From NCBI GenBank assembly GCA_020850715.1, contig JADZED010000049.1, forward strand, positions 3,693 through 67,692: a stretch of 64,000 nucleotides of DNA, read 5' to 3'. Source of the stretch: Acidobacteriota bacterium. GTDB lineage: Bacteria; Acidobacteriota; Vicinamibacteria; Vicinamibacterales; CAVVIG01. The notes below the pieces were generated by a model that was given only the letters and a program-made list of their open reading frames with translations, ran no database searches and had not been told where the DNA came from. Positions 62,555-64,000 of the stretch are shown here, piece after piece (the first letter of the stretch is position 1; every line of letters begins with the position of its first letter). The position numbers and the translations under genes are program-made.

Positions 62555-63421
62555 ATGAGATTCGGACTCGCCGCCGGCCTGCTGGTGCTGGCCGCCGGCT
62601 TGGTGCCGGCGGCTCCTGCCGCTGCGCAGAGCCGGGAGCAGCGGCAGATGATGGCCGACCTGCGCATTCTGCAGGAGCAGACGGCGGTCATGCAGAACCT
62701 GATCGCCCAGCTCGGCGACGCGCTGAAGGCAATCAGCCAGCGGCTCGACGACCAGACGAGCGCCACGCGCCGGGCATTTGCCGATCAGAAGCTGATCATC
62801 GACACGCTGTCGACCGATCTGCGCGTCGTGCGCGAGAAGGTCGACGACAACAACGTGCGGATCGGATCGCTGACCGCCGAGATCGAGTCGGTGCGCAGGA
62901 CCGTGGCCGCCCTGACGGCGCCGCCGGCCGTCACCACGGCCGAAGGCACGGCCGCGGCTTCCGCACCGGGCGCCGCGCCGCCGGCGGCGGACCAGTCCGC
63001 CGCCGTGCCCGCGCCAGCCGCAACGCCTGCGCTCGGCACTTCGCCGCAGCGCGCCTGGGACACGGCGTTCTCCGACTACGTCGGGGGGCAGTACGACCTG
63101 GCCGTCCTCGGCTTCGAGGCCTACATCCGCGACTTCCCGAAATCGGATCAAGCCGACAACGCACAACTGCTGATCGGCAAAGCGCTGATTCTCGATAATC
63201 AGTACGACAAGGCGGTGGAGGCGCTCGACACGCTGATTCGCAATTATCCGGACGGCGACACGGTCGCGGAGGCCTACTACCAGAAGGGCATCTCGCTGCA
63301 GCACCTCGGCGAAGTCGACAAGGCGCGCGAGGCGCTGAGCACGACGGTGAAGAACTATCCCGACAGCGACGCGGCGCTGCTCGCCAGGCAGAAGCTCACC
63401 GCGCTGGCCAAGCCCGAGTAG
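62555..63421 (+). CDS. cpoB: Tol-Pal system protein CpoB/YbgF (coiled coil + TPR)
   Basis: Signal peptide, the N-terminal coiled coil LRILQEQTAVMQNLIAQLGDAL, and C-terminal TPR repeats (YDLAVLGFEAYIRDFPKSD..., AEAYYQKGISL...). ATG at 62555 follows gaggag. Confidence 0.85.
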   Translation: MRFGLAAGLLVLAAGLVPAAPAAAQSREQRQMMADLRILQEQTAVMQNLIAQLGDALKAISQRLDDQTSATRRAFADQKLIIDTLSTDLRVVREKVDDNNVRIGSLTAEIESVRRTVAALTAPPAVTTAEGTAAASAPGAAPPAADQSAAVPAPAATPALGTSPQRAWDTAFSDYVGGQYDLAVLGFEAYIRDFPKSDQADNAQLLIGKALILDNQYDKAVEALDTLIRNYPDGDTVAEAYYQKGISLQHLGEVDKAREALSTTVKNYPDSDAALLARQKLTALAKPE

Positions 63422-63438
63422 GGTAGAATGGCGCCCCT

Positions 63439-63870
63439 ATGGGAAGCGTCAACAAGGTAATCCTCGTCGGCAATCTCGGTCGCGACGCCGAACTGCGCTA
63501 CACGCCGGGCGGCGCGCCGGTTGCGACGCTCAACATGGCGACGACCGAGGTATGGAACGACAAAGCGGGCCAGAAGCAGGAAAAGACCGAGTGGCACCGC
63601 GTGATTGTCTGGGGCAAGTCGGCCGAATCGCTTGCCGAGTACCTCACCAAGGGCAAGCAGATCTACGTCGAGGGGCGGTTGCAGACGCGCCAGTGGGACG
63701 ACAAGGACGGCAACAAGCGCTACACGACTGAAATCCGCAGCGACCGTATCGTGCTGCTCGGCGGCGGCGGGCGCGGTGGCGGGATGGCGCGCGGCGGCGG
63801 GGCCGACGAGGCGGGCGGCGGCGACCACGAGCCGTCGCAGCCGCTGACCGACGACGATATCCCTTTCTAG
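63439..63870 (+). CDS. ssb: Single-stranded DNA-binding protein
   Basis: [37 protein letters not shown]...[10 protein letters not shown], a Gly-rich linker, and the acidic tail DDDIPF. Confidence 0.95.
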   Translation: MGSVNKVILVGNLGRDAELRYTPGGAPVATLNMATTEVWNDKAGQKQEKTEWHRVIVWGKSAESLAEYLTKGKQIYVEGRLQTRQWDDKDGNKRYTTEIRSDRIVLLGGGGRGGGMARGGGADEAGGGDHEPSQPLTDDDIPF

Positions 63871-64000
63871 AGCCTCGGAGTCTCAGGGAGGTGCGGATCT
63901 GAGCGTCTGGAAATCGGAGATGTGAGAACTCCCGCTCAGCCCTGCTTCCGGTCTTCCCTCCCATACCGGTCTTCGAGCCGTACGACGTCGTGCAGCTCCG

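Overview
This is a high-GC (roughly 68-70 % by eye) bacterial chromosomal segment with tightly packed genes. I saw no rRNA, tRNA, CRISPR array, transposase or phage genes. The protein styles suggest an Acidobacteriota-like organism: carboxypeptidase-type TonB receptors, GspG-like pseudopilins, and many Pro/Ala linkers. That assignment is an inference only. Most of the window is housekeeping: the glycine cleavage operon gcvT-gcvH-gcvP, nnr-tsaE, guaB-secA, comM, metK, xerD, murQ, parA-parB, miaB, recN, a complete tolQ-tolR-tolA-tolB-pal-cpoB cluster, and ssb. Several non-routine elements are embedded in it. (1) A translationally coupled operon of about 12.8 kb (26.7-39.5 kb) is a hybrid of type II secretion and type IV pilus systems. 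It carries a lipoprotein, an SLT transglycosylase, GspF/PilC, GspE/PilB, PilM, PilN, PilO, a PilP-like protein, and a secretin. The secretin has an N-terminal TPR region and a C-terminal cohesin-like domain. Two GspG-like pseudopilins, a Big/PKD lipoprotein and an atypical pseudopilin complete the cluster. (2) An orphan pair consists of one BMC-H microcompartment shell gene and a CoA-acylating-type aldehyde dehydrogenase. The dehydrogenase has a long C-terminal linker, a helix and a tail, and no other BMC genes appear in the window. (3) A module comEA / FimT(GspH)-like pseudopilin / PilZ / NtrC-family AAA+ regulator contains a regulator whose GAFTGA loop is degenerate. (4) There is a 909-aa protein that appears to be coiled coil throughout. 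(5) LptF and LptG are fused in frame, directly downstream of a sulfotransferase. (6) A 434-bp noncoding gap beside parAB contains an AT-rich island and a perfect inverted repeat. All calls rest on reading the supplied translations and the DNA by eye; no database search was run.
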